A stretch of 42,601 nucleotides of DNA from Bacteroidota bacterium (GTDB taxonomy: Bacteria > Bacteroidota > Bacteroidia > NS11-12g > UBA955). Location: the NCBI GenBank assembly GCA_947450015.1, contig CANFUB010000001.1, forward strand, positions 1 through 42,601, written 5' to 3'. The position numbers were made by a program, and so were the translations under genes. Under the pieces are notes generated by a model. That model had not been told where the DNA came from, ran no database searches, and worked only from the letters and a program-made list of their open reading frames with translations. Position 1 is the stretch's first letter. Each line of letters opens with the position of its first letter. This document shows positions 26,001 to 34,530 of the stretch, piece by piece.

Positions 26001-28013
26001 AGGATTACAAACTTTGGCATCTGACAAGGTGTTCTGGTATCGCACACCACTTACCGATATTCTGGTTTTTAGTCGAAATGTATCGACACATTTTCCTGTT
26101 TTAGAAACTACGACACACATGATATTATACATGCCTGGCCAAAACCTCCCAATAATTACAGAATCACCCACATCGCTTCGGTAATATTTAAGACTATCGC
26201 GGTGCTGCAATACCCAAATATGACTATTGTTTCGATAGTAAGATGTATCGGAATAAATAACCTTAAGTTTACTGGTCATATTACCGCATATATTTGTATC
26301 CAAAACTTCGAAAGTCGGACGTGGTTTTTGCACCAATATTTTCCTTTTAAAAGTTGCTGAATCCTTGCAACCAAGTTTATTATAGGCCATTAATTTGACG
26401 GTATAATGTCCAGTATCAGGATATGAGAATTTAGGATTAACATTGGTATCGGTACCTAAAATAGAATTACTATTTGAATAGAATGTCCATTTATAAAAAT
26501 TTCTTACCTTAGAAGAACCTGCAACGGTGGCATTGTTGAAATTAATAAATTCACCAGGACAAGCGGGTATTGGTTTCCATGTAAATTTCGGCTTCATGCT
26601 ATCAATTACAATGGCCGTCTTTTGAATGGCTGTATCGATACAACCATTGGTGCCAGTAGCGATGAGCCTAACAGTGTATTTCGCAAAATAATTCCCAACG
26701 GCTTTGAATTGCGATCCAGTGCCCGTTTGTAAACTTGTATTCGGTAGTGAATCAAAAAATAAATTCCATTTATAACTAACGCCAACGCCATTCTTTACTA
26801 TTGATATATCATTTGCTGTAAAGGTATCTGGTTTCAAACAACCTAGCGGGTTATCAACTTGAAAAAAAGCAAGTGGTCCATTTACATTCACTTGGTTATT
26901 ATAAGTTCTTTCTGATTTACAGCCATACAATTGATCGGTAAATTTAAATGAATACTGACCCAAATCGGTAAACTTAATGGTCTTTGCTTTTGGTGTTTCA
27001 TTCACAAAATTATAGGAACCAGGGGTTATGGTATAACTTGGAAAGGCGCTGCGCGAATTCAGAAAAGTAAATGTCAACTTTTGACTGCCACAAATATTGA
27101 TTCTCGAAAACCCAACCGCTAGAATTAAACTATCTGCAAATTGCAAATAATTTAGTTTTTTAAGGGTATAGCTACAGCCCCTTTTAGTGGTAACTCGCAA
27201 GGAAATATCAAAAGTATCGGTGGTATTGAATTTTATATTGCTTGGATTGAATGCAGTGCTCGATGACGGGGTTGCTTTTGGGAACGACCAATTCCAAGCA
27301 CTTATTTTATTTTTTACAGTATCTGAAAGGTTGGTGAAGTTTATAAGCTTTGGAATGCAGCCGTTTAATTTATCGGCAGAGAAATTAAGTTTTACTGAAT
27401 CGGCAACATACACAATACTGTCGATTGTTTTTTTCTCTGTACAACCAAAAGAGTCTCTTAAGAAAACCGTTACATTTTTGTAGCCCGACGGATATGAATA
27501 AAGCACTCTCAGAGCTTTTGGACCATTTTTATAAAGTGTATTGTTCAATAACCAATCGCGAGAAACGGACCTGATGGTGTTATCAACCAATGTCACACTA
27601 TCGTTGTATCTACAAATTACCAATATCGAAGGTGTAACTTTAATGATTGGTTTTGGTTTGGCTTCAATAAAATTAGCCTTTGAAATGGTACATTTTGAAC
27701 CATCTGTATAGGTAAGACGAAGCGAAATATTGTATTTGCCCGAAAAGCTGAACAGATTAATGTAAGTGCTGTCTGATGAAACATAACCGCCGCCAACATT
27801 CCATTCGAAAGTGGTGCCTGGTGGAAAATTAGATGCTTTAAATTTTACAACTTGAGGGGCACAGATTATAGTGTCATCGGATGAAACCAAGACGGCTCCA
27901 CACTGTCCAAACCCTACTGTTGCAATGCTTAACGCAAAAATTAACAGATGTATTTTTAAGATAGTTTTCAATATAGTTTTAGCAAAAGTACTGATATAAT
28001 ACAAGGAAAACAA
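23055..28013 (-). CDS. giant PKD/Fn3-like repeat surface protein with a T9SS type B (gliding-motility-associated, CHU_C-type) C-terminal domain
   Basis: Up to 1652 aa. About a dozen PKD-like repeats are followed by four Cys-bracketed Fn3-like modules. The C-terminus VWVPNVFTPNKDGNNEIF...YNRWGERIFES...GWDG...G.Y.Y is coded at about 23058-23350. No in-frame ATG is available, so the start is TTG at 28013, 28004 or, more plausibly, 27971 (giving MKTILKIHLLIFALSIATVGFGQ). Confidence 0.85.
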   Translation of the reverse strand: MFSLYYISTFAKTILKTILKIHLLIFALSIATVGFGQCGAVLVSSDDTIICAPQVVKFKASNFPPGTTFEWNVGGGYVSSDSTYINLFSFSGKYNISLRLTYTDGSKCTISKANFIEAKPKPIIKVTPSILVICRYNDSVTLVDNTIRSVSRDWLLNNTLYKNGPKALRVLYSYPSGYKNVTVFLRDSFGCTEKKTIDSIVYVADSVKLNFSADKLNGCIPKLINFTNLSDTVKNKISAWNWSFPKATPSSSTAFNPSNIKFNTTDTFDISLRVTTKRGCSYTLKKLNYLQFADSLILAVGFSRINICGSQKLTFTFLNSRSAFPSYTITPGSYNFVNETPKAKTIKFTDLGQYSFKFTDQLYGCKSERTYNNQVNVNGPLAFFQVDNPLGCLKPDTFTANDISIVKNGVGVSYKWNLFFDSLPNTSLQTGTGSQFKAVGNYFAKYTVRLIATGTNGCIDTAIQKTAIVIDSMKPKFTWKPIPACPGEFINFNNATVAGSSKVRNFYKWTFYSNSNSILGTDTNVNPKFSYPDTGHYTVKLMAYNKLGCKDSATFKRKILVQKPRPTFEVLDTNICGNMTSKLKVIYSDTSYYRNNSHIWVLQHRDSLKYYRSDVGDSVIIGRFWPGMYNIMCVVVSKTGKCVDTFRLKTRISVSGVRYQNTLSDAKVCNPYTITLTAKKLMEYNFKNKFASKISNYWSTNYDSNYLKIQSPSNLITPVKVKKAGTFYFGFSYYHSSGCSDSSSLFAVASGVKASFNAPFYGCVGRRIDLVNTSDPDAIKFKWFIKDSTNAGQFGPKDTSRNPYVTFNREGVFTIGLITYGNGLCTDTGYKFMVVNDIRAQFTSNDTLNYCAPIISTVMAKTHPYIYKYSWRFSQGDTITENLSTISTLFLENTGPAGSDVRLIVDAYGCSDTLEKKGFIKIIGPIPRFTISNFVGCEKLTVKYTNQSKYFNRFYLEYGDGNYLDSVNFNKHTYQIYDRSLAQQVFKPRLFVVDSLGCLAMFKPKDSIVVKRAPNANFTIDKDTGCSALKVSFRNISLGSQTVKWDFDGDGKIDNNSDAPQYFYPTGNFSPVLIARGSNGCEDTLRNKFSIKAYAPPVATFVADKDTICYNTSINFTANSLPSNSSIKQWLWDFGNPSTYKDSSTKQNPTFTFNNIKLNQVVLFVKDKNNCTDTFTKFVYVNDTLGLQAPPVNFVTVQNNNDIYINWSKSVYSRFIGYNLYKDFSGLTNIYSTSDRFDTTFKVQSGIDVSKLRYCYTLNTLDNCNVKGKTAKSHCTMLLNVVDSVNELRLSWLAYSGWDNGSNIGVGQYYIYRSENGGAFKLHDSVGSKITSFADKKLCNKNYCYYIIAVEKNKRWRSQSNTACGTPKYVFPTEAVKPIATTVLSDNATYTRWLPYNFVKNVETYHISRYAIGSSVDNNYATSDSTGFIDKGINVNTNETSYTYTIRAEDHCGNFSPTSSISKTILLKGSTANYVNQLNWNPYEYWYSGIKQYEIFLRDKNSYNFLSKVDSITNVFQYKDDKLDDSICFYVTAIKDSVGGVTSRSNVACLIAESQVWVPNVFTPNKDGNNEIFIPSAILVYNKTGNPILDYHLEIYNRWGERIFESNDVQQGWDGTFMGKPCQEGHYLYKLKALSLDGAKNFNLDGVITLLR
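27983..28013 (-). promoter_or_regulatory. putative promoter for the giant cargo gene (TTG-N20-TACTTTTG)
   Basis: The minus strand reads TACTTTTG at 27983-27990, ending 11 nt upstream of the TTG codon at 27971. A TTG at 28011-28013, which is the ORF-track start codon, lies 20 nt upstream where a -33 element is expected. Confidence 0.5.
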
Positions 28014-28024
28014 GATTTTTTTAT

Positions 28025-28032
28025 TACGTTTG
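28025..28032 (+). promoter_or_regulatory. putative -7 box (TACGTTTG) for the TPR lipoprotein gene
   Basis: TACGTTTG ends 25 nt before the ATG at 28058. There is no clear -33 TTG. Confidence 0.35.
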
Positions 28033-28057
28033 TAGCCTTAGTAACATCATATCAACA

Positions 28058-28753
28058 ATGTATAGACCAATTTTAGCCATAATAGTTGCCTCTTTTTTAA
28101 TAACTTCTTGCCAATCTAATGCTTCTAAAAGCAAATCTTCTGAAAATAATTGGCAACAGATTTATAAAACTGCTTATACCAATCACGACTATCCAACAGC
28201 AATCGTGGCGCTAAATCAGCTTTTGCTTCAAGATTCAGCCAATTCGGATCATTACGATTCACTAGCAACCTACTATTTGAAAAGAACACAAAATATTTAC
28301 GGTGGTAAAATTGTTGTAGAAAAAGGGTTAAAGCTAAATCCTAAAAACCACTTATTGCTTGAATATCAAGGTCTTGTATTAATTGGTGAAGGTAAACTAC
28401 CAGAAGCAAGGGCTATTTTTGAGAAGGCATTTGAAATTTCAAAATTGAACAAATTTCAGTATATGATTGCAACTACCTATGCTAACGAAAGCAACTATGC
28501 GGAATTTGAGCGCATTGTTGATGGCTTAATAAACAATCCTAATTTACCTTCAGAAAAATTTGAAGCAATGATTGATAACAACAATTCTCAGATGGTAGAA
28601 TTGAAGGCTACTTGTTACTTATCAAAGGCGAAGCTTAGCAAAGATGCTGTATCGATGAAAAACTACATTGATAGCACCTTAAAAATCCAACCAGATTATC
28701 AAGAAGCTTACTATATGCTAGAAGAATTAAATAAACGCACGGGCGCTAAATAA
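28058..28753 (+). CDS. TPR-like lipoprotein, function unknown
   Basis: 231 aa with a lipoprotein signal and lipobox (LAIIVASFLITSCQ). The body is helical and TPR-like (YDSLATYYLK, LEYQGLVLIGEGKLPEARAIFEKA). Confidence 0.6.
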   Translation: MYRPILAIIVASFLITSCQSNASKSKSSENNWQQIYKTAYTNHDYPTAIVALNQLLLQDSANSDHYDSLATYYLKRTQNIYGGKIVVEKGLKLNPKNHLLLEYQGLVLIGEGKLPEARAIFEKAFEISKLNKFQYMIATTYANESNYAEFERIVDGLINNPNLPSEKFEAMIDNNNSQMVELKATCYLSKAKLSKDAVSMKNYIDSTLKIQPDYQEAYYMLEELNKRTGAK

Positions 28754-28754
28754 T

Positions 28755-29300
28755 TTAAATTCTAGGTTTCCAATTCACTTCTGCAACGCCTTGTTTAAGG
28801 CCAGTGTATCTACCAAGCACAAAGAGATAGTCAGACAATCTGTTTAAATATTGGATGATAAGTGGTTCTATTCCATCTATTTCATTTAAATGCACTGTCA
28901 ATCGCTCAGCCCTTCTGCAAATACATCTTGCAACATGGCAATGCGCTATTTCTGCGCTTCCAGCTGGCAAAACAAATGAACGCAATTCTGGCAATTCCTC
29001 ATTCATAAAATCGATGGCTTCTTCTAAAGCAATACAATCGGCCTCGTGTAAATCGGGAACTATCATTTTGCTACCCGGTGCCGAGGCCAATAAACTACCT
29101 ACAGTAAATAAGCGATCTTGTATTTCGGAAAGTACAGCGGTATTCTTTGAATCTGTAACAAATGAACGCAATATGCCTAAATAGGAATTAAGCTCATCAA
29201 CAGTGCCATATGACTCAATTCTAATATGGTGTTTTGGAACTCTATCGCCTCCAATTAAAGATGTTTCTCCGGCATCGCCACGTTTGGTATAAATTTTCAT
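28755..29300 (-). CDS. PduO-type ATP:cob(I)alamin adenosyltransferase
   Basis: 181 aa. MKIYTKRGDAGETSL...YGTVDELNSYLG and the C-terminal helical bundle match the PduO/MMAB family. Confidence 0.88.
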   Translation of the reverse strand: MKIYTKRGDAGETSLIGGDRVPKHHIRIESYGTVDELNSYLGILRSFVTDSKNTAVLSEIQDRLFTVGSLLASAPGSKMIVPDLHEADCIALEEAIDFMNEELPELRSFVLPAGSAEIAHCHVARCICRRAERLTVHLNEIDGIEPLIIQYLNRLSDYLFVLGRYTGLKQGVAEVNWKPRI

Positions 29301-29309
29301 TGTATTGTT

Positions 29310-30026
29310 TTAAACAAACTGAATGGCATTTTGTTCGAACTTGTCGTTAATTAAATCGGTTTCAATTAAACCATCTCTAAGGCGTACAATTCGTTTTGCA
29401 TTTAACGCAATGTCTTCCTCGTGGGTCACCAATACAATTGTGTTTCCGTTTTTATGTATTTCTCTAAATAGTGCCATGATTTCTACAGATGTTTTGGTAT
29501 CCAAATTTCCTGTTGGCTCATCGGCCAAAAGAATACTTGGGTTATTAACCAAACCACGCGCAATGGCTACCCTTTGTCTTTGACCGCCAGACAATTCATT
29601 GGGCTTGTGTTTCATACGGTCTTTCAAACCCACTTGAATGAGTACTTCCTCTGCTCTCGCAGTTCTTTCTTTTTTTGAAAGGCCCGCATATACCAAGGGC
29701 AAAGCAACATTTTCGAGCGCATCCATTCTCGGCAACAAATTAAAGGTTTGAAAAACAAAACCAATTTCTTTGTTTCTTACCTCTGCGAGCTTATTTTCTG
29801 TCATTAAACTCACATCAGTTCCATTTAATATATATTGTCCATTTGTAAATGAATCTAAACAACCAATAATGTTCATTAGGGTAGATTTACCTGAACCTGA
29901 TGGCCCCATTAAAGCAACATATTCTCCCTTATCAATTTGCAAATCGATATTCTTTATGGCTTGCACAATTTCATTTCCTACTTTATAGGATTTTTGAATG
30001 CCAATAATATCAATTAAATGGCTCAT
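29310..30026 (-). CDS. ABC transporter ATP-binding protein (LolD/MacB-type)
   Basis: Walker [10 protein letters not shown], signature LSGGQRQR, Walker [12 protein letters not shown]. No permease gene is adjacent. Confidence 0.85.
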   Translation of the reverse strand: MSHLIDIIGIQKSYKVGNEIVQAIKNIDLQIDKGEYVALMGPSGSGKSTLMNIIGCLDSFTNGQYILNGTDVSLMTENKLAEVRNKEIGFVFQTFNLLPRMDALENVALPLVYAGLSKKERTARAEEVLIQVGLKDRMKHKPNELSGGQRQRVAIARGLVNNPSILLADEPTGNLDTKTSVEIMALFREIHKNGNTIVLVTHEEDIALNAKRIVRLRDGLIETDLINDKFEQNAIQFV

Positions 30027-30319
30027 AGTGGCTTTTCTATAACTTTTGGAACCCTAAAATAATCTGAATCTTTTTTAGGTGCATTTTTCAATGCCTCTGC
30101 TCTTGTAATCGATTCAATAACCTTGTCTTCGCGCACATTGTTCTGAGTTTCGGTCATGTATATTAGTGGCGCGATACCTTCTGTATCGATCTCATTTAAT
30201 TTTTCGCAGAGTGCTAGGATGTTTTCCAAATCCTTTTTAATATTAGCTTTACCTTGTGCATCAAACTCAAGTCGTGCAAGGTGTGCCAATTGTTCAATTT
30301 TTTCGTTTGTAATTTCCAT
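30023..30319 (-). CDS. gatC: Asp-tRNA(Asn)/Glu-tRNA(Gln) amidotransferase subunit GatC
   Basis: About 98 aa. [14 protein letters not shown]...EDLENIL...L.EIDT is the GatC pattern. The ATG at 30319 shares one base with the plsC stop (TGATG), and the gatC stop overlaps the next ATG (ATGA). Confidence 0.88.
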   Translation of the reverse strand: MEITNEKIEQLAHLARLEFDAQGKANIKKDLENILALCEKLNEIDTEGIAPLIYMTETQNNVREDKVIESITRAEALKNAPKKDSDYFRVPKVIEKPL

Positions 30320-31041
30320 CAACTAGGGTTTTGATTTAATTCTTTTTCAATAATAGCAAATATTTTGTCGCGCAGACCATTCGCATCCTCGCCTTTTAGA
30401 TGATTGGTTGCTTCTACACGATGAATTTTATAGGACAATGGTTGAGAATAAAATTCAAACTTCTCATCGGGCAGAATTTTATAATTATTATAAAATGTTA
30501 CGGGTACAATTGGCACATTGTTGTCGATGGCTAATTTAAATGCCCCATTTTTAAATGGTTTAAGTTTAGGTGCAAACTTCCAAATGGTGCCTTCTGGAAA
30601 GATAATGATGCTATAACCTGCTTGTATTCTTTCGGCAGCAGTCACAAAAGATTTATGCGCCCCAATGGCGCTGCTTCTATCAACTGCGATGTCGATGGTT
30701 CTAAAAAAAATGCCAAACAAAGGAATCTTGGCCAATTCTTTTTTTGCCATAAAACAACCTTTCTCAGGGAAGAATAAACCAAATGCAATAATATCGATAT
30801 AGGATGAATGGTTTGAAACATAGATGGCTGGTCCTTTTGGCAAAGCCATTGCTTGAAGTTTTTTCACCTTAACAAAATTAATTATCACTAAAAACCAGGC
30901 CCAAATTTTTCTGAGCTTATTGGCCTTAGGATACCATGCCTCTTTGCCAAGAAACAATGCAAAAAAGGGATACAGTACTAGAAAACTAATGGCGAACCAA
31001 AAGACAAACCATAGGGCCCCTATCCTACCGATTAATTTCAA
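30319..31041 (-). CDS. plsC: 1-acyl-sn-glycerol-3-phosphate acyltransferase family protein
   Basis: 240 aa with an N-terminal TM helix, the HX4D motif (NHSSYIDI) and FPEGT. Confidence 0.85.
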   Translation of the reverse strand: MKLIGRIGALWFVFWFAISFLVLYPFFALFLGKEAWYPKANKLRKIWAWFLVIINFVKVKKLQAMALPKGPAIYVSNHSSYIDIIAFGLFFPEKGCFMAKKELAKIPLFGIFFRTIDIAVDRSSAIGAHKSFVTAAERIQAGYSIIIFPEGTIWKFAPKLKPFKNGAFKLAIDNNVPIVPVTFYNNYKILPDEKFEFYSQPLSYKIHRVEATNHLKGEDANGLRDKIFAIIEKELNQNPS

Positions 31042-31568
31042 TTGGCCGTATGTGTTGTAGTTTTAGGACGAAGAAAATATCCAAAGATGGCGCTAAAAAA
31101 CAAACCGCGCGATGCCCCCATAAATATATTGCTTACAAATTGTTGGGTTGGGTTGTAGGCATATTTAATATTTTCGATTGCAGTATTTAGTTGCACGGGT
31201 GTTTTGTTCAATTTTACAGCATCTATCTTTGCGAGGTTAATTCTGTAATTAATGAGTTCAGTAATAAACTGCGGTTTGAATGTTAGAAAATAAGAAAACA
31301 AAAGCGACACAGAACAGCCTATCATAATACTAACAAAGAAACCCATAAACACTGCACGACCTAAGGTAAACTGCTCAGGATTTGCATCCCTGTAAGCCTT
31401 TATGAAAAGAAAGATACCAATTGCTGGCACAATCATAAACTCGCTTAACACAAAAATTACATTACTTAAACCTGATGACTTATAGATAGCAGAAGTGGTA
31501 TAAATGTAATTCAAAGCTGCGCAAGCGCTACCGAAAGCAAGGCCGTAGATTAATATTTTTTTACTCAT
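31038..31568 (-). CDS. DUF4199-like small membrane protein
   Basis: 176 aa with four hydrophobic helices. The layout and the N-terminus (ILIYGLAFGSACAALNYIY) resemble the Bacteroidota DUF4199 family. Confidence 0.55.
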   Translation of the reverse strand: MSKKILIYGLAFGSACAALNYIYTTSAIYKSSGLSNVIFVLSEFMIVPAIGIFLFIKAYRDANPEQFTLGRAVFMGFFVSIMIGCSVSLLFSYFLTFKPQFITELINYRINLAKIDAVKLNKTPVQLNTAIENIKYAYNPTQQFVSNIFMGASRGLFFSAIFGYFLRPKTTTHTAN

Positions 31569-31581
31569 TTTAAATTGTTTA

Positions 31582-31589
31582 CAAAACTA
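31582..31589 (-). promoter_or_regulatory. putative -7 box (TAGTTTTG) for the DUF4199-plsC-gatC operon
   Basis: The minus strand reads TAGTTTTG, ending 13 nt upstream of the ATG at 31568. Confidence 0.4.
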
Positions 31590-31648
31590 TGACAAAAAGA
31601 TTTTATAATGCTTTGTTATTTTAAAAAAATGCGGAAATTTGCAGACAT

Positions 31649-32206
31649 ATGGAATTTAAAGATATTGTAGCAATTGCAGGAATGCCAGGATTGTATAAAA
31701 TTGTTGGACAAAGACAAAATGGATTAATTGTTGAAGCCTTGGATGGCACTGGTAAAAAAATACCAACTTCGCCAAACACAAAGGTTTCAATTCTCTCTGA
31801 TATTGCAATGTTTACAATGGAAGGCGAAGAAAAGTTAGCAAAAATTTTATTGACAATTTTCGACCAATCTAAAAACGGCCTACAAGTGCCAGATAAAAAA
31901 GCAAATGATGATGCCTTTCCGCAATTCATTGGCAAAGTTTTACCTAACTACGACAATGAGCGCATCTATCTTTCTGACATGAAAAAATTAGCCAATTGGT
32001 ACAACATTTTAAAAGACCAATATGACTTTGAATCGTTGCGCAAAGAGTTAGCCGATGCTGAATCTGCAGAAAATGAAGATAGTGCTTCTGACAAACCAAA
32101 AGTAGAGGTAAAAGCTAAAGCAGAAAAAGTAATTAAAAACACCAATGCAAAAGGTGACAGCAAAAGCAAAGGCAAAGCTGTAGGAACCATTAGAAAAATG
32201 GCTTAA
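31649..32206 (+). CDS. DUF5606-like protein with a lysine-rich tail
   Basis: 185 aa. The N-terminus IVAIAGMPGLYKIVGQRQNGLIVEALDG...KVSILSDIAMFT resembles DUF5606. The C-terminus is a low-complexity K/E/A tail. Confidence 0.6.
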   Translation: MEFKDIVAIAGMPGLYKIVGQRQNGLIVEALDGTGKKIPTSPNTKVSILSDIAMFTMEGEEKLAKILLTIFDQSKNGLQVPDKKANDDAFPQFIGKVLPNYDNERIYLSDMKKLANWYNILKDQYDFESLRKELADAESAENEDSASDKPKVEVKAKAEKVIKNTNAKGDSKSKGKAVGTIRKMA

Positions 32207-32233
32207 TCAATTTAACAATTATATATTTGAAAT

Positions 32234-32263
32234 AAACCCTGCTGAAAAGTGGGGTTTTTCTTT
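32234..32263 (+). terminator. rho-independent terminator after the DUF5606 gene
   Basis: A 10-bp stem (32234-32243 pairs with 32248-32257, two G-U pairs) closes a GAAA tetraloop and runs into a T-rich tail (TTTTTCTTT). It is weaker on the minus strand, where the G-U pairs become mismatches. Confidence 0.6.
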
Positions 32264-32264
32264 G

Positions 32265-32741
32265 CTAAAGATTTAGCATTTTAAGGGCTGTCACAGCGGC
32301 TTCAACGCCTTTGTTGCCATGCTTTCCACCACTTCTATCGATGGCTTGTTGCAAGTTATCGGTAGTTAACACCCCAAAAATAACGGGGGCACTGTAATCC
32401 AAGGAAACACGCATAATACCATTGGCAGTTGCATCGCATATAAAATCAAAATGCCTGGTCTCACCTTGAATCACACAGCCTAGACATATCACAGCATCAA
32501 CCTCTAAAGTTTCGAACATGTGCTGCGCACCATATGCTAATTCAAAGGTACCAGGAACCGATTTAATGATTATTTGTTCATCGCTAGCACCTGCACTTAT
32601 CAGGGTATCGATAGCACCTTGTAGCAAGGCATTTGTAATTGTTGAATTCCATTCTGAAACAACAATGCCGAAGTGTTTATCTTCGGCATTGGGTATATCA
32701 TTAATATTGAATTCTGACAGGTTTTTTAAAACAGTCGCCAT
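32265..32741 (-). CDS. ribH: 6,7-dimethyl-8-ribityllumazine synthase
   Basis: 158 aa with VPG.FEL, THFDFI-type (TRHFDFICD) and GGKHGNKG motifs. Confidence 0.93.
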   Translation of the reverse strand: MATVLKNLSEFNINDIPNAEDKHFGIVVSEWNSTITNALLQGAIDTLISAGASDEQIIIKSVPGTFELAYGAQHMFETLEVDAVICLGCVIQGETRHFDFICDATANGIMRVSLDYSAPVIFGVLTTDNLQQAIDRSGGKHGNKGVEAAVTALKMLNL

Positions 32742-32752
32742 TCTTAATTATA

Positions 32753-33451
32753 TTATTCTGCAGTTTTTGCTTCGGCACGTGCAATGAATTTATCAATATC
32801 ATTATTGCCTTCTGCATCTTTATATTCCTTTTTCAATTTGTTGTAAATATCCAAAGCTTCTTTCCACTCATCTCTTTTCTCATGCACACGGGCTGCTTTT
32901 CTGTACCACCAAACAGCGGTAAATTCGGTCGTTGCTCCTTTGGCGGCTTTGGTATATTGACTTAACGCTTTTTCTAAATCTTTGTTTTCAACGTAAGCAT
33001 CACCTAATAATCCAACCACTTGCGTGCTCATTACTTTATCGGAAAAACCAACTTTCTCAAGGTATTCCACAGCCTTTTTGTATTCACCAGTGTATAGGAA
33101 AGAGGTGCCAGCCATATAAGCTGCTAAGTCACCCGCTTTAGTTCCACTGTACTCATCGGCCAATTTAGGGGCCATTTTTGCTACAGTATAAAAAGAATCC
33201 ATATCAAACAAGGTTTGTGTTTTGTAAATCGCTGTTAAACCTTCTTTTTCTTTTGGCATTTTGTATAAAAATTGGTAGGCTATAATACCGGCAGTTAAGG
33301 CAATTACGCCAACCACACCATACACCAAAGTTTTATTTTGACCATTCAGCCAATTTTTGATTTTATCTACGAACATGCTGCTTGAAGAGGGCCCTCTTGG
33401 CGATTCTTCTTGTTCTGTGTATTGTTCTTCTATTTCTTCGTTGTTGCTCAT
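32753..33451 (-). CDS. membrane-anchored TPR protein (YfgM-like)
   Basis: 232 aa. An acidic N-terminus, one TM helix (LVYGVVGVIALTAGIIAYQFLY) and TPR-like repeats. It sits directly upstream of ribH, as is common in Bacteroidota. Confidence 0.65.
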   Translation of the reverse strand: MSNNEEIEEQYTEQEESPRGPSSSSMFVDKIKNWLNGQNKTLVYGVVGVIALTAGIIAYQFLYKMPKEKEGLTAIYKTQTLFDMDSFYTVAKMAPKLADEYSGTKAGDLAAYMAGTSFLYTGEYKKAVEYLEKVGFSDKVMSTQVVGLLGDAYVENKDLEKALSQYTKAAKGATTEFTAVWWYRKAARVHEKRDEWKEALDIYNKLKKEYKDAEGNNDIDKFIARAEAKTAE

Positions 33452-33509
33452 GTAATGACTGTTAATATATTAAAAAGTGTGCGAAAATAGTTAAATTAAT
33501 TTAATTAAT

Positions 33510-34511
33510 CTAATCCATTATGTATGGATATTCTCCATCATAAACATTGGTATATAACTCTGAAGCATCTGGATACGGTGAATTCTCTGCAAATTCTACT
33601 GAGGCATTTACCTCATCCATTATGCGCGCTTCGATTGCATCTAACTCCGCTTCAGTTGCCATCTTGTTTTCCAAGATGGTATTTTTGGTAGTTTCTAAAG
33701 GATCGAGTGTTTTGTAGTGTGCTACCTCGTCTTTGCTACGGTAAGTCGCTGGATCGCTCATACTGTGTCCACGGTAACGGTAAGTTTTTATTTCTAGGAA
33801 GGTAGGTCCATCGCCTTTGCGCGCTCTATCTGCAGCCTCCTTAATAGCATCGTGAACAGTTTCACATTTCATGCCATCAACTTGGAACGAAGGCATTTCA
33901 TATGCTGAACCAATTTTATAGATATCAAGAACATTGGTTGTACGCTCAACAGAGGTACCCATTGCATAATCGTTGTTTTCGCAAATAAATATCACTGGCA
34001 ACTTCCAAAGCATGGCCATGTTAAAGGCTTCGTGCAAGGCACCTTGTCTTACAGCGCCATCGCCCATAAAACAAACACATAGATTTGTGGTACCTAAATA
34101 TTTTTCGGCAAAAGCAATACCTGCACCAAGTGGAATTTGACCACCTACAATGCCATGTCCTCCAAGGAAATTGTGTTCCTTGCTAAACATGTGCATACTA
34201 CCACCTTTTCCAGACGTACAACCAGTGGCTTTACCATACAACTCGGCCATCACCGCATTAGATGAAACACCTAGCGCCAATGCATGCCCATGGTCGCGGT
34301 ATGCGGTTATAAATTTATCATCTTTGGTGGTGGCACTAATCATACCCGCCACAATAGCCTCTTGTCCGATGTACAAGTGACAAAATCCTTTGATCTTTTG
34401 TTGACCGTATAACTGGGCTGATTTTTCTTCAAATCTTCTAACCAGTAACATTATTTCATACCATTTGAGGTATGTTTCCTTATTAAAATTTATTTTTGCA
34501 GCCTTGGCCAT
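33510..34511 (-). CDS. pdhA: pyruvate dehydrogenase E1 component, alpha subunit
   Basis: FCHLYIGQEAI, the TPP-binding region GDGA...G...E..N.A and YRYRGHSMSDP are present. I place the start at the ATG at 34511 (MAKAAKINF...). The ORF-track extension to 34580 is non-conserved. Confidence 0.9.
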   Translation of the reverse strand: MAKAAKINFNKETYLKWYEIMLLVRRFEEKSAQLYGQQKIKGFCHLYIGQEAIVAGMISATTKDDKFITAYRDHGHALALGVSSNAVMAELYGKATGCTSGKGGSMHMFSKEHNFLGGHGIVGGQIPLGAGIAFAEKYLGTTNLCVCFMGDGAVRQGALHEAFNMAMLWKLPVIFICENNDYAMGTSVERTTNVLDIYKIGSAYEMPSFQVDGMKCETVHDAIKEAADRARKGDGPTFLEIKTYRYRGHSMSDPATYRSKDEVAHYKTLDPLETTKNTILENKMATEAELDAIEARIMDEVNASVEFAENSPYPDASELYTNVYDGEYPYIMD

Positions 34512-34530
34512 ATTTTTTATTAATGATTGG

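Noticed and set aside
23661-27483. Plus-strand ORFs (23661-24020, 27187-27483) and short minus-strand alternative-frame ORFs inside the giant cargo gene. Similar ORFs occur inside the PKD cargo gene (18526-19633, 21032-21226).
   Set aside because: They are embedded in long repeat-coding genes whose reading frames have clear domain signatures. The embedded ORFs show no recognisable features.
31621-31935. A 104-aa minus-strand ORF overlapping the DUF5606 gene.
   Set aside because: The plus-strand frame matches a known family and has a terminator. The antisense product has no features and would run through the promoter region of the divergent operon.
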